Assembly: GCA_043797085.1 (NCBI GenBank) | Contig: JAZDQA010000010.1 | Coordinates: 1 to 64,000 of the forward strand | Direction of reading: 5' to 3' | Length of the DNA: 64,000 bases | DNA from: Pseudomonadota bacterium | GTDB taxonomy: Bacteria > Campylobacterota > Campylobacteria > Campylobacterales > Sulfurimonadaceae | Part shown: one piece after another, positions 1 through 7,809 of the stretch | Layout: every line of letters begins with the position of its first letter | How positions within the stretch are numbered: the first letter of the stretch is position 1 | The notes under the pieces: generated by a model | What the model was told of the DNA's origin: nothing | Database searches by the model: none | The model's input: only the letters and a program-made list of their open reading frames with translations | Made by a program: the position numbers and the translations under genes

Positions 1-121
1 AAAAAACCTTTAAGATTAATAGTTGTTATTTTAAATTCGTAAACTATACCGAAATAAATATTAAACTAAAATGTTTTTTGTTGTTTTATAGAAAAAGTTT
101 TACACGTATGGGCATGGCTCT

Positions 122-1312
122 CTATTTGTGACCTAATTTTACGAAACCCCTCATAACATAAATCGGCGGAGTAAACGTATACGAAAACGTACTCCCCTCG
201 CCATATACGGAGTCGATAATGAGCTCAATCCCCGCCTTATCAATAATCGATTTCACGATATTCAGCCCGATACCAAAGCCGCCTTTGTCTTGATTCTCAC
301 GATAATACCTCTCGAAAATCTGTCCCACTTCTTTAATACCGACACCATAATCTTGAAACGACATAACGCAACTGTCCTCATTGGCTTCGAGCGTAACCTT
401 GATCGTCCCCCCTTCATGCGAGTATTTAATCGCATTGGAGAGATTATTATCGATAATACGCTGAAGCTGTGTCGGATTAAACATAAGCTTCACTCCTTGC
501 GTAATACTCTCTTCGATGGTGATGTTTTTGAGCGCTGCGACTTCGTGAAAATAATCAATCCTCTCTTGTAAATAGCGACTAAAATCAATTGCTTCATACG
601 CAAAAGAGAGCCTCTCATTCTTAATCAAATAATCCATATCGTTGTAAAGCGTCGCCAGAGTTTTAGTGGCAGCTTTGATCCGTTGCAGATATTTATTGGT
701 AGGATTGGCACGATTGTAGAGGTCAATATTTACATTGATAATCGAAAGAGGGGTATTGATCTCGTGCATCGAATCTTTGATAAATTGATCCAGACGGGTG
801 TTTAACCGCTGAAACGGCAAAGCAAACCGATCCAGAAAAAAGAGCGATAACACAAAAATCAAGAGTGCAATCGTTAACAAGATAATGACCACATCCTGAT
901 AGATCCGAACATACGAAAGTTCTCCCCCAACCACCAGATACGATGCATCAAAATAACGTTTCTCCGGCAATGAAACAACCAAATAGGCATAACCGTCGCT
1001 TACATGGTATCCAATCGTCTGAATCTCTAATGGTTTTTGTATCAAAGTAAAAATCGGGACAAAATGCTGATTATACAATCCCGACTCAAACGATCGAAAA
1101 CGGGGATAATCGAATGCATTTTTATCTTTTTGGTCAAACTCTTCCATAGCACGCACCACGAGATGCGATTTTGCTTTGAGACTGAACTCATATTGGATCT
1201 CATGCACGTATTTCATATAGGTGACATACAAATACGTCGGTGTCAGTAACAGCACCGCAACTAGCATCGTGTACAAAAATGCATTTTTAAGAGCGTAACG
1301 TTTATCGTTCAA
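122..1312 (-). CDS. Two-component sensor histidine kinase
   Basis: H-box DSMHEINTPL, N-box NNLSNAIKYS, G-boxes DYGVGI and GGFGIGL, two TM segments. Start placed at TTG 1312, overlapping the regulator stop; the ORF-track extension to 1480 is a shadow of the regulator. Confidence 0.9.
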   Translation of the reverse strand: MNDKRYALKNAFLYTMLVAVLLLTPTYLYVTYMKYVHEIQYEFSLKAKSHLVVRAMEEFDQKDKNAFDYPRFRSFESGLYNQHFVPIFTLIQKPLEIQTIGYHVSDGYAYLVVSLPEKRYFDASYLVVGGELSYVRIYQDVVIILLTIALLIFVLSLFFLDRFALPFQRLNTRLDQFIKDSMHEINTPLSIINVNIDLYNRANPTNKYLQRIKAATKTLATLYNDMDYLIKNERLSFAYEAIDFSRYLQERIDYFHEVAALKNITIEESITQGVKLMFNPTQLQRIIDNNLSNAIKYSHEGGTIKVTLEANEDSCVMSFQDYGVGIKEVGQIFERYYRENQDKGGFGIGLNIVKSIIDKAGIELIIDSVYGEGSTFSYTFTPPIYVMRGFVKLGHK

Positions 1313-1955
1313 TGATGTACCCCAATCCGCGTCGGTTTTGGATAATTTCGATGGGAAGTTTTTTACGCAGATTATTGATCTGCACTCGGATGTTTGCCGG
1401 ATCGACGTACTCCCCCCATATCTCATCTTGGAACATCTCGACCGAAACGATTTGATTGTTGTGCTTGAGCAATACAGCAAATATCTCTTTTTCGGTTTTA
1501 CTCAATGCAATATCATGACCGTTATGGGTGAGGCTAAAATTTTCCGTATTATAGATGAGTCCATCCCCAAAATCCAACAGACTCTCTCCGTCATGATAAT
1601 AACTTTTTAGCGCGTGCATAATGCGTAATTGCAGCTCAGTGAGATCAAAAGGTTTACGTATATAATCACAGCATCCCGATTTGTACCCCTCTTGCAAATC
1701 ATCCACATTGACCATGGAAGTGAGAAAGATAGCGGGAGTTTTATTCCCCTCTTTTCGCAATGTCCGAAGCATATCAAACCCGTTCATCCCCGGAACATTC
1801 ACATCGAGCAAATAAAGATCGTATCGCGATTCATACGTCGCATCAAAAGCCTTCTCACCATTGGAAAAACCGCTCACTTCAAATCCCATATCTTCTAAAA
1901 ATTCAGTAATGCTAATGCGCAGCATGTATTCGTCTTCGAGCAAAAGTACCTTCAT
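1302..1955 (-). CDS. OmpR-family response regulator
   Basis: Receiver motifs LLEDE, LLDVNVP, KPF; winged helix ending RGLGY. Confidence 0.93.
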   Translation of the reverse strand: MKVLLLEDEYMLRISITEFLEDMGFEVSGFSNGEKAFDATYESRYDLYLLDVNVPGMNGFDMLRTLRKEGNKTPAIFLTSMVNVDDLQEGYKSGCCDYIRKPFDLTELQLRIMHALKSYYHDGESLLDFGDGLIYNTENFSLTHNGHDIALSKTEKEIFAVLLKHNNQIVSVEMFQDEIWGEYVDPANIRVQINNLRKKLPIEIIQNRRGLGYIIER

Positions 1956-3091
1956 CGAATCTCCCCTTTTACTTCTTTTGAAACTTTATAATCCAATAAT
2001 ATCCCAATCAGTTCTTCTTTGGAATACGCATTTAACCGCTCCCGCGCCTCATCTAAAAAAAGTTCCCGATCTTCAGCTGCTACAACATCTTTAAGATACA
2101 AAAGATCCTTGTCGTATGTACTTTGGAACAATGCATTATCCATCGATTTTTTCATCATCACATCATAGAGTTCATCACGGCTGAGATGGATCAAAAATGA
2201 AATATCTTCTCTGTCCGAATGGGAATAAGCACTGACTTGTTTTTCGGTCAAAGAAAATACAAACGCACCAATCGTTTCTCCCTCACCATTTTTCATTGGT
2301 ACATAAAAAAGGTATTTTCCCTGTCGAAAAAGAACACGGGCTTGCTTAAAAGATTTAAAATCAATCCCCCCAAGTAATTTCAAATCACTTTGCGTGTACT
2401 TTGGATTCGCCAAAATGTATTCTTTACCGATTGCAGGACTCTCTTGCATAAACACAGCGGTCTCATAAAATCGCTCATCCATTAAAATATACAGATCAAT
2501 CCCCAACCGGTCAAAATATTCCTGCGTTGATTCAAAAAACGATACCACTTCGACAAATCCGATCATCTTTTCTTCATAATATACCGGTACCGTTGCCTTG
2601 ATCCCAAGCTTGCGCCCTACTTCGATAGCCGCTCTGGGTTTTTTATGATTTTGAAAATAGAGTAAATCGGGACGATGAAAATCCAACGGCATTCCCGCAT
2701 ACGAGTTGTCCCAACTGCGCGCAAAAATAAAATAATCGGACGTAATAATCTGTGAACGAATCAACGTCTTTGTGTACAATTGAATCGATTCCATCACCTC
2801 TGAGAGGATTTTGAATCCTCTATCTTCATCTTCTTGCTCCAGCGCATCACTCAAGTTTGAATTTTGACTCAGAATCAGAGAATAGCGAAGTGCCGTAGAA
2901 CGCTCCTTATCGAGCTGATTGTTTAACGCCATTGAAAGTTGGTCACTGAGTCTTTGCAGCGTTTGCGACGTTACCTCTTTTTCCAAATGGATAAAAACCG
3001 CCCCCAAAACACCCATAATGACTAAAAAAACCGCTGCAATAATTTTTTTATTCCCAAGCACCTGCATCACTTTTTCAATCATCCGGTTCAT
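1952..3091 (-). CDS. Membrane-anchored periplasmic sensor-like (Cache-like) protein
   Basis: Single N-terminal TM followed by a large soluble domain with a Cache-like pattern (GIKATVPV...IGFVEV); 4-bp overlaps with flhB and the regulator. Confidence 0.55.
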   Translation of the reverse strand: MNRMIEKVMQVLGNKKIIAAVFLVIMGVLGAVFIHLEKEVTSQTLQRLSDQLSMALNNQLDKERSTALRYSLILSQNSNLSDALEQEDEDRGFKILSEVMESIQLYTKTLIRSQIITSDYFIFARSWDNSYAGMPLDFHRPDLLYFQNHKKPRAAIEVGRKLGIKATVPVYYEEKMIGFVEVVSFFESTQEYFDRLGIDLYILMDERFYETAVFMQESPAIGKEYILANPKYTQSDLKLLGGIDFKSFKQARVLFRQGKYLFYVPMKNGEGETIGAFVFSLTEKQVSAYSHSDREDISFLIHLSRDELYDVMMKKSMDNALFQSTYDKDLLYLKDVVAAEDRELFLDEARERLNAYSKEELIGILLDYKVSKEVKGEIR

Positions 3092-4146
3092 CTGCTCTTT
3101 TTTCCCATCTTATAAACATACGCCAACACTTCCGCAACCGCAGCAAACAACAGCTCCGGAATAGGATGGTCAATCTCTACTTCTGCATACAGCGACCGCG
3201 CCAAAGGCGGATTTTGAATCACATGGACTCCATTTTCACGCGCTATTTTTTTGATCTGAATCGCAATATTATCAACCCCTTTGGCAACGACGACCGGAGC
3301 ATTATGTTTCGTCTCATCGTATTTTATCGCCACCGCATAGTGGGTCGGATTGGTAATAACCACATCGGCATGAGGAACGGCTGACATCATCCGCTTACGT
3401 GCGGCTTGCATCTGAATTTGGCGGATTTTCGCTTTGATATGCGGATCTCCCTCCATATTTTTCATCTCATCTTTGATCTCTTGCAGTGACATCTTGAGCT
3501 TATCAAAATAGTGTTTTCGGGTCAAAAACAAATCAACAATAGCATATAAAAAAAGTATGACCAGCATTACTGCAGCCAAAATAATCGCTTTTTCTTTGAA
3601 CCATGCCATTTGATCCCAGAGACTAAATAAAGCAACGGTCGGAAGTTCTTTTATATACGACCAAAAAAAGAGAAAACCGATCCCCATTGCCGTAAATGAT
3701 TTAAACGTGATTTTTAACGCTTCAAGTACCTTTTGCATACTTAGCATATTTTTTAAACCGGCAATAGGATTGATCTTGGAAAAGTTAGGCGTCAATGGCT
3801 TTGTCGTAAAATTAAATCCTATCTGTGATACCGTTCCGGCAACTCCTGCAATCGCGACAATAGCGCTAATGGGCAAAATCATAATCAACAATTCTTTAAA
3901 CGTTATAAATGCAATATCAATTAAATTCGTCTCTTCCAGCGGATGATTCATAAGTGAAAAATAATAGCGAGTAAGCGCTAGCAGATGCTCGGATATAAAA
4001 GGAAACAGCATTAAAAGCGCTAAAATAGCAACAAATAAAACTATGACCCCCGCCGTATCCTGACTTCGGGGAACATTCCCCTCTTCTCTGGCATCTTCGA
4101 GCTTCTTGGCGGTAGGTTCTTCTGTTTTTTCTTGATCGTCAGCCAT
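3088..4146 (-). CDS. flhB: Flagellar export protein FlhB
   Basis: N-terminus EKTEEPT..KL..AREEG; NPTH autocleavage motif; EGDPHIK. Confidence 0.97.
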   Translation of the reverse strand: MADDQEKTEEPTAKKLEDAREEGNVPRSQDTAGVIVLFVAILALLMLFPFISEHLLALTRYYFSLMNHPLEETNLIDIAFITFKELLIMILPISAIVAIAGVAGTVSQIGFNFTTKPLTPNFSKINPIAGLKNMLSMQKVLEALKITFKSFTAMGIGFLFFWSYIKELPTVALFSLWDQMAWFKEKAIILAAVMLVILFLYAIVDLFLTRKHYFDKLKMSLQEIKDEMKNMEGDPHIKAKIRQIQMQAARKRMMSAVPHADVVITNPTHYAVAIKYDETKHNAPVVVAKGVDNIAIQIKKIARENGVHVIQNPPLARSLYAEVEIDHPIPELLFAAVAEVLAYVYKMGKKSR

Positions 4147-4282
4147 GCATCATCCTAGAAGAACCTATCACATCTGCAAAGATGCGCTTTAGTGACCATA
4201 GCGGTCTTAGCGTAGAAAAAAGGATGTATTCTTTTTTCGTTCCGAATAAATATTACTTCTGTTTTTTCTTGATCGTCAGCCA
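4119..4282. repeat. 27-bp direct repeat of the flhB 5' end flanking a multi-hairpin element
   Basis: cttctgttttttcttgatcgtcagcca at 4119-4145 and 4256-4282; hairpins at 4171-4184, 4194-4206 and 4215-4238 lie between them. Confidence 0.85.
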
Positions 4283-4286
4283 CTTA

Positions 4287-5102
4287 TTAATCCATTTTCA
4301 TCGACATATCAATCCAATTGGCTTGATGGATGAGTGAACCCGTACTGATGGCATCCACACCCGTTTGGGCATAACTTTCGATGGTACTGAGTGAAATATT
4401 GCCGCTAGCTTCGAGCAAAACACTGGAATGGTGTTCCCATTTGTACTCCACTACTTCACGCAATGCTTCCACAGACATATTGTCGCACATCACAATATCC
4501 GCCCCAACTTCCATCGCTTTTTTTGCCATTTCTATCGTCTCGGCTTCAATCTCTATCTTTGCCGTAAAAGGGATCTTGGCACGTGCATCGTCCATAAACT
4601 GCTCTAAATTTTCAATCGTTTTGAGATGAGTATCTTTGAGCATCAGCGCATCATCCAGACCCATACGGTGATTCGTAGCCCCCCCGATACGAGTCGCATA
4701 TTTTTCGAAATTGCGCAAAAGAGGGCGGGTTTTTCGAGTATCAAGCAATTTCGTACCATAGGGAGTGACAAGATCAACATATTGACGCGTCAACGTGGCA
4801 ATCGAACTGGCGTGCAACAGCATATTGAGCAGCGTTCGCTCAATGCGAAGCAACGTATGCGAATCACCGCTAAGCCCCAACAGCACATCCCCAGCAACAA
4901 ATCGTTCCCCATCACATTTATGCCAAAAAATCTCAAATTTTTCCAAATCCGCCAACACACGCAAATATTCTTCACCGGCTAAAACACCGTCGCTTTTAGC
5001 AATGATTTTCGCACTGGCAGGAACTGCATCGGAAACCCGTGCATACAAATCCCCACGCCCGACATCTTCGGCTAATACTTCTTGGATAAATTTTTCGATC
5101 AT
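4287..5102 (-). CDS. nadC: Nicotinate-nucleotide diphosphorylase (carboxylating)
   Basis: LLDTRKTRP, NHRMGLDDALMLKDTH, EASGNI, DAISTG motifs. Confidence 0.97.
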   Translation of the reverse strand: MIEKFIQEVLAEDVGRGDLYARVSDAVPASAKIIAKSDGVLAGEEYLRVLADLEKFEIFWHKCDGERFVAGDVLLGLSGDSHTLLRIERTLLNMLLHASSIATLTRQYVDLVTPYGTKLLDTRKTRPLLRNFEKYATRIGGATNHRMGLDDALMLKDTHLKTIENLEQFMDDARAKIPFTAKIEIEAETIEMAKKAMEVGADIVMCDNMSVEALREVVEYKWEHHSSVLLEASGNISLSTIESYAQTGVDAISTGSLIHQANWIDMSMKMD

Positions 5103-5155
5103 ACGGTTACCTTTATAACTTTTTTTACAGAACTTTGATCTTTTCGATAGAGATG

Positions 5156-5238
5156 TTTTCTCGCTCCCAAGCTCCAGATTGGGAGTGTATATATACCACT
5201 AAGTCTGCATTACCAACGAAGATATTGGACGAGGGAAA
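5156..5238. repeat. REP-like double-hairpin repeat, copy 1
   Basis: ttttctcgctcccaagctccag..tgggag....tctgcattaccaacga; similar copy at 6576-6655. Confidence 0.75.
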
Positions 5239-5267
5239 GTTTTATCTTATTGTAGCATATTGGTAGT

Positions 5268-5302
5268 TTTGAATCACTACATTTTGTCTTATTCAAAAAA
5301 CT
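5268..5302. repeat. 35-bp direct repeat with inverted arms, copy 1
   Basis: tttgaatcactacattttgtcttattcaaaaaact, identical at 5904-5938; arms TTTGAAT/ATTCAAA separated by 16 nt. Confidence 0.9.
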
Positions 5303-5322
5303 GCACTTGTCAATACTAGCTA

Positions 5323-5351
5323 TTGACAATGCCCTCAGTAAGCAGTACAAT
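5323..5351 (+). promoter_or_regulatory. Sigma70-type promoter facing the structured RNA element
   Basis: TTGACA (5323-5328), 17-nt spacer, TACAAT (5346-5351). The -35 lies in the palindrome TTGTCAATA-ctagc-TATTGACAA (5307-5329). Confidence 0.7.
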
Positions 5352-5360
5352 TTTACTGTT

Positions 5361-5451
5361 ACCAGAAGGAAGACGCGGTGAATCTCTCGGCCGTACCGCC
5401 TTTAATTAGGAACGGGTCTTAGAAGGGGATGAGAGTCCTTCGCCTTCTGGC
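5361..5451 (+). ncRNA. Putative structured small RNA (multi-stem, possible loop-loop pseudoknot)
   Basis: Closing stem CCAGAAGG/CCTTCTGG (5362-5369/5443-5450) and three inner hairpins; loops CTCTC (5384-5388) and GAGAG (5431-5435) are complementary. G-U pairs favour the + strand. Confidence 0.55.
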
Positions 5452-5452
5452 T

Positions 5453-5881
5453 TCACAAACTCCCAAAAATCAAAACAGCTTTTTTCTTTTCCACTTTTTT
5501 CTTCAACCGTTTCAAATCCGAATCACTTGTTTTTCTAAATGATGTTAAAAAAATTGTTTCTCCTGATGCCGTTGCTTTTAGAGCAAAATAGTATTTATCC
5601 TCTTCGATATGGACAACTCCAACCGTTTTGTCGCCATCTTGTAAAATAATATGGTGATTAAAAACAATATAAGAGAGCCTTTTATAATCAATAATATCTA
5701 AATCTTCATGATGATTCAGATTTTTTATCAAACTGACTTCACTTATAACAACATAGGAAACTTTAGCATTAATCGCATCAACTATAATCTGATGTATCAC
5801 TCCAATAATGAAATGTCCATCGTTGTCTTTTGGTAATGTATGAAAATAATTAATAATTTCTGTATTCATTGGTTCCGGCAT
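5453..5881 (-). CDS. Putative PBECR-type (phage-Barnase-EndoU-ColicinE5/D-RelE) nuclease-fold protein
   Basis: KNLNHHEDL..IDY..L pattern and C-terminal YYFALKAT.SGE.IFLTSFRK resemble PBECR2/3 domains as recalled. Start uncertain (ATG 5881 or 5869; TTG 5932 lies inside the repeat). Confidence 0.65.
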   Translation of the reverse strand: MPEPMNTEIINYFHTLPKDNDGHFIIGVIHQIIVDAINAKVSYVVISEVSLIKNLNHHEDLDIIDYKRLSYIVFNHHIILQDGDKTVGVVHIEEDKYYFALKATASGETIFLTSFRKTSDSDLKRLKKKVEKKKAVLIFGSL

Positions 5882-5903
5882 TATAGCTATAGCCAAATTA
5901 AAA

Positions 5904-5938
5904 TTTGAATCACTACATTTTGTCTTATTCAAAAAACT
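5904..5938. repeat. 35-bp direct repeat with inverted arms, copy 2
   Basis: Identical to 5268-5302. Confidence 0.9.
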
Positions 5939-5958
5939 ACACGTATGATATTTTTATC

Positions 5959-6024
5959 GGAAGTGGGACTTCAGTCCCTCAATACGGCGAGGCTAATACC
6001 CAAGTAGACCCCAGCCTCATTTCC
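5959..6024 (+). ncRNA. Second putative structured RNA element (three-way junction)
   Basis: GGAAGTG/CATTTCC closing stem, GGGACT/AGTCCC and GAGGCT/AGCCTC hairpins; -10-like TATGAT at 5944-5949. Confidence 0.4.
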
Positions 6025-6037
6025 AAGTTTTCACCCT

Positions 6038-6559
6038 TTAATTCAGCCTGTCCCCGTTTTCTTTATTTTTATAATCATTTTCATATCTAATAACTCGGAT
6101 TAATTTTTCTTCCTCTTTTGATAGTTCCCCTAATAATTCTTGCCCGCTTTTGTCATTAATTAATGCATACATATGTTTACTTTTTACATCATAAAGTAAT
6201 AACATATTAATAATATCACATTGATGAGCTTGACATGCGTCATAAAGAAAATAAAATTTATGTGTAATCGAATCTTCGAAAATTTTAGGAGTATTGGCTG
6301 GACCACTCAATAAACGCTTTTTTAAATTTTTTTGTTCCTCTTTTGAGTTATTAAAAACTGAATTAGATATTAACATGTCAAATGATTTATCAAATTCTTT
6401 TACATAGTGATTTTCCCCATCAAATACACTTTTTTTGTTGATCAATAAATTAAACAAGTACGTGTTTAACTTATTGTTAACATTAATTTCATTACTTTGA
6501 ATAATTTCAGCATCTAAAATGCTAAACAACATTATTAGCATTAGAATGATTTTCAACAT
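6038..6559 (-). CDS. Ivy-family (inhibitor of vertebrate lysozyme)-like secreted protein
   Basis: Signal peptide; LLSGP motif and CQAHQC matching the Ivy CKPHDC loop, followed by LLLYD...YALI; very AT-rich. Confidence 0.65.
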   Translation of the reverse strand: MLKIILMLIMLFSILDAEIIQSNEINVNNKLNTYLFNLLINKKSVFDGENHYVKEFDKSFDMLISNSVFNNSKEEQKNLKKRLLSGPANTPKIFEDSITHKFYFLYDACQAHQCDIINMLLLYDVKSKHMYALINDKSGQELLGELSKEEEKLIRVIRYENDYKNKENGDRLN

Positions 6560-6575
6560 TATTATTTCCCTTTAC

Positions 6576-6701
6576 TTTTCTCGCTCCCAAGCTCCAGCTT
6601 GGTAGCGTATACCACCGAGTCTGCATTCCCAACGAGGACGTTGGGAACGAGGGAAGGGAGCTGGATTCCGTTACCCTTCGACAGGCTCAGGGCGAACGGA
6701 A
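6576..6701. repeat. REP-like double-hairpin repeat copy 2 plus a second palindromic repeat
   Basis: 6576-6655 similar to 5156-5238; 6666-6701 hairpin ttccgtt-acccttcgacaggctcagggcg-aacggaa. Confidence 0.7.
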
Positions 6702-6706
6702 ACTTA

Positions 6707-7699
6707 CTATAACGCCATCATCCTCTCTAACGCGACTCTAGCCCAATACGCCGTATCTTCATCCACCTCGATCTCATTGATCGGTGCACCGTCCTCGATC
6801 GCTTTTAGTGTAAGATACAAATCTTCCAACGTCGTTTCGTTCATTGTCGGACATTCGGGTTTCGTACTTGAAAGAATATAGGTATTTTTGGCGCGTAAAC
6901 GGTTTACCATGTTAAACTCTGTCCCTACGGCTACTTTTTGATCTTCCGGAAGTTCTTTAATGTATTTGATAAGCTGAGAGGTCGAACCGACAAAATCAGC
7001 ACGTTCACAGATTGCAGGGTCACATTCAGGGTGAACGGCGATCAAAATTCCGGGATATTTGTTGCGGTAGAACTCGATGTCATCGACGCTAAAGAGCTGA
7101 TGAACGGAGCAAAAACCGTCGTAACAGATAATGTCTGCTTCTTTGGGATCTTTTCCATCCCCGATAACACACGATTTTAATCCCATCATATTGGCAATAT
7201 TTTGCCCCAAACAACGATCAGGTACAAATAAAATCTTTTTACCTTCAGCAAGTGCTTTTTCAATAATCATTTTAGCATTGGAACTGGTGCAGACCATACC
7301 GCCCATTTTTCCTACACGCGCTTTGACATCTGCGTTGGAGTTGATATAGGTAATCGGTAAAATATCCTCCGCTTTGATGCCGCTTTGTTCCAATTTTTCG
7401 ATCGACTGGTCAAAATAAAGCCCGTCAATCATACGCGCCATCGCACAACACGCGACTTTTGGCATCACGACCCTTTTTTGCGGACTGAGAATTTTCAGAC
7501 TTTGCCCCATAAATCCGACACCGCAAAAGACCACAAACTCTTTGTCATCTGCCATTGCCCGCTTTGCTAACTCAAGCGAATCACCCGTAATGTCCCCCAT
7601 CTCGAACACTTCATCCCGCTGGTAAAAATGCGCCACAACCGTGACGCTCAAACGGCTTTTTAAATCAATAATTTTTTGTTTTAACTCTTCGGTATTCAT
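6707..7699 (-). CDS. nadA: Quinolinate synthase
   Basis: AHFYQ, GDSLELA, FCGVGFM, YINS, HPEC motifs and Fe-S cysteines; start taken at MNTEE. Confidence 0.96.
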   Translation of the reverse strand: MNTEELKQKIIDLKSRLSVTVVAHFYQRDEVFEMGDITGDSLELAKRAMADDKEFVVFCGVGFMGQSLKILSPQKRVVMPKVACCAMARMIDGLYFDQSIEKLEQSGIKAEDILPITYINSNADVKARVGKMGGMVCTSSNAKMIIEKALAEGKKILFVPDRCLGQNIANMMGLKSCVIGDGKDPKEADIICYDGFCSVHQLFSVDDIEFYRNKYPGILIAVHPECDPAICERADFVGSTSQLIKYIKELPEDQKVAVGTEFNMVNRLRAKNTYILSSTKPECPTMNETTLEDLYLTLKAIEDGAPINEIEVDEDTAYWARVALERMMAL

Positions 7700-7809
7700 C
7701 TTGAATATTTTCCTCGTCATTATCATTAAGTCGTTATTATATCGTTTTAGTTCTCTGTAACGATGGGTGGATTATAATTCTCAACCGAAAATGAAAAAGG
7801 AAACACTAT

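Noticed and set aside
1313..1480. N-terminal extension of the kinase ORF, and similar extensions of other track ORFs (to 18456, 32713, 34954, 38201, 43149, 44144)
   Set aside because: They overlap neighbouring genes or regulatory DNA; downstream starts fit SD sites, gene coupling and domain boundaries better.
5268..5302. Repeat as a chromosomal dif/difH site or integron attC
   Set aside because: The 16-nt spacing between arms does not fit Xer sites with a ~6-nt core; no RYYYAAC/GTTRRRY ends and no integrase nearby.
5268..5938. 35-bp repeats as a CRISPR array
   Set aside because: Only two copies, ~600 bp apart and enclosing a gene; no cas genes in the window.
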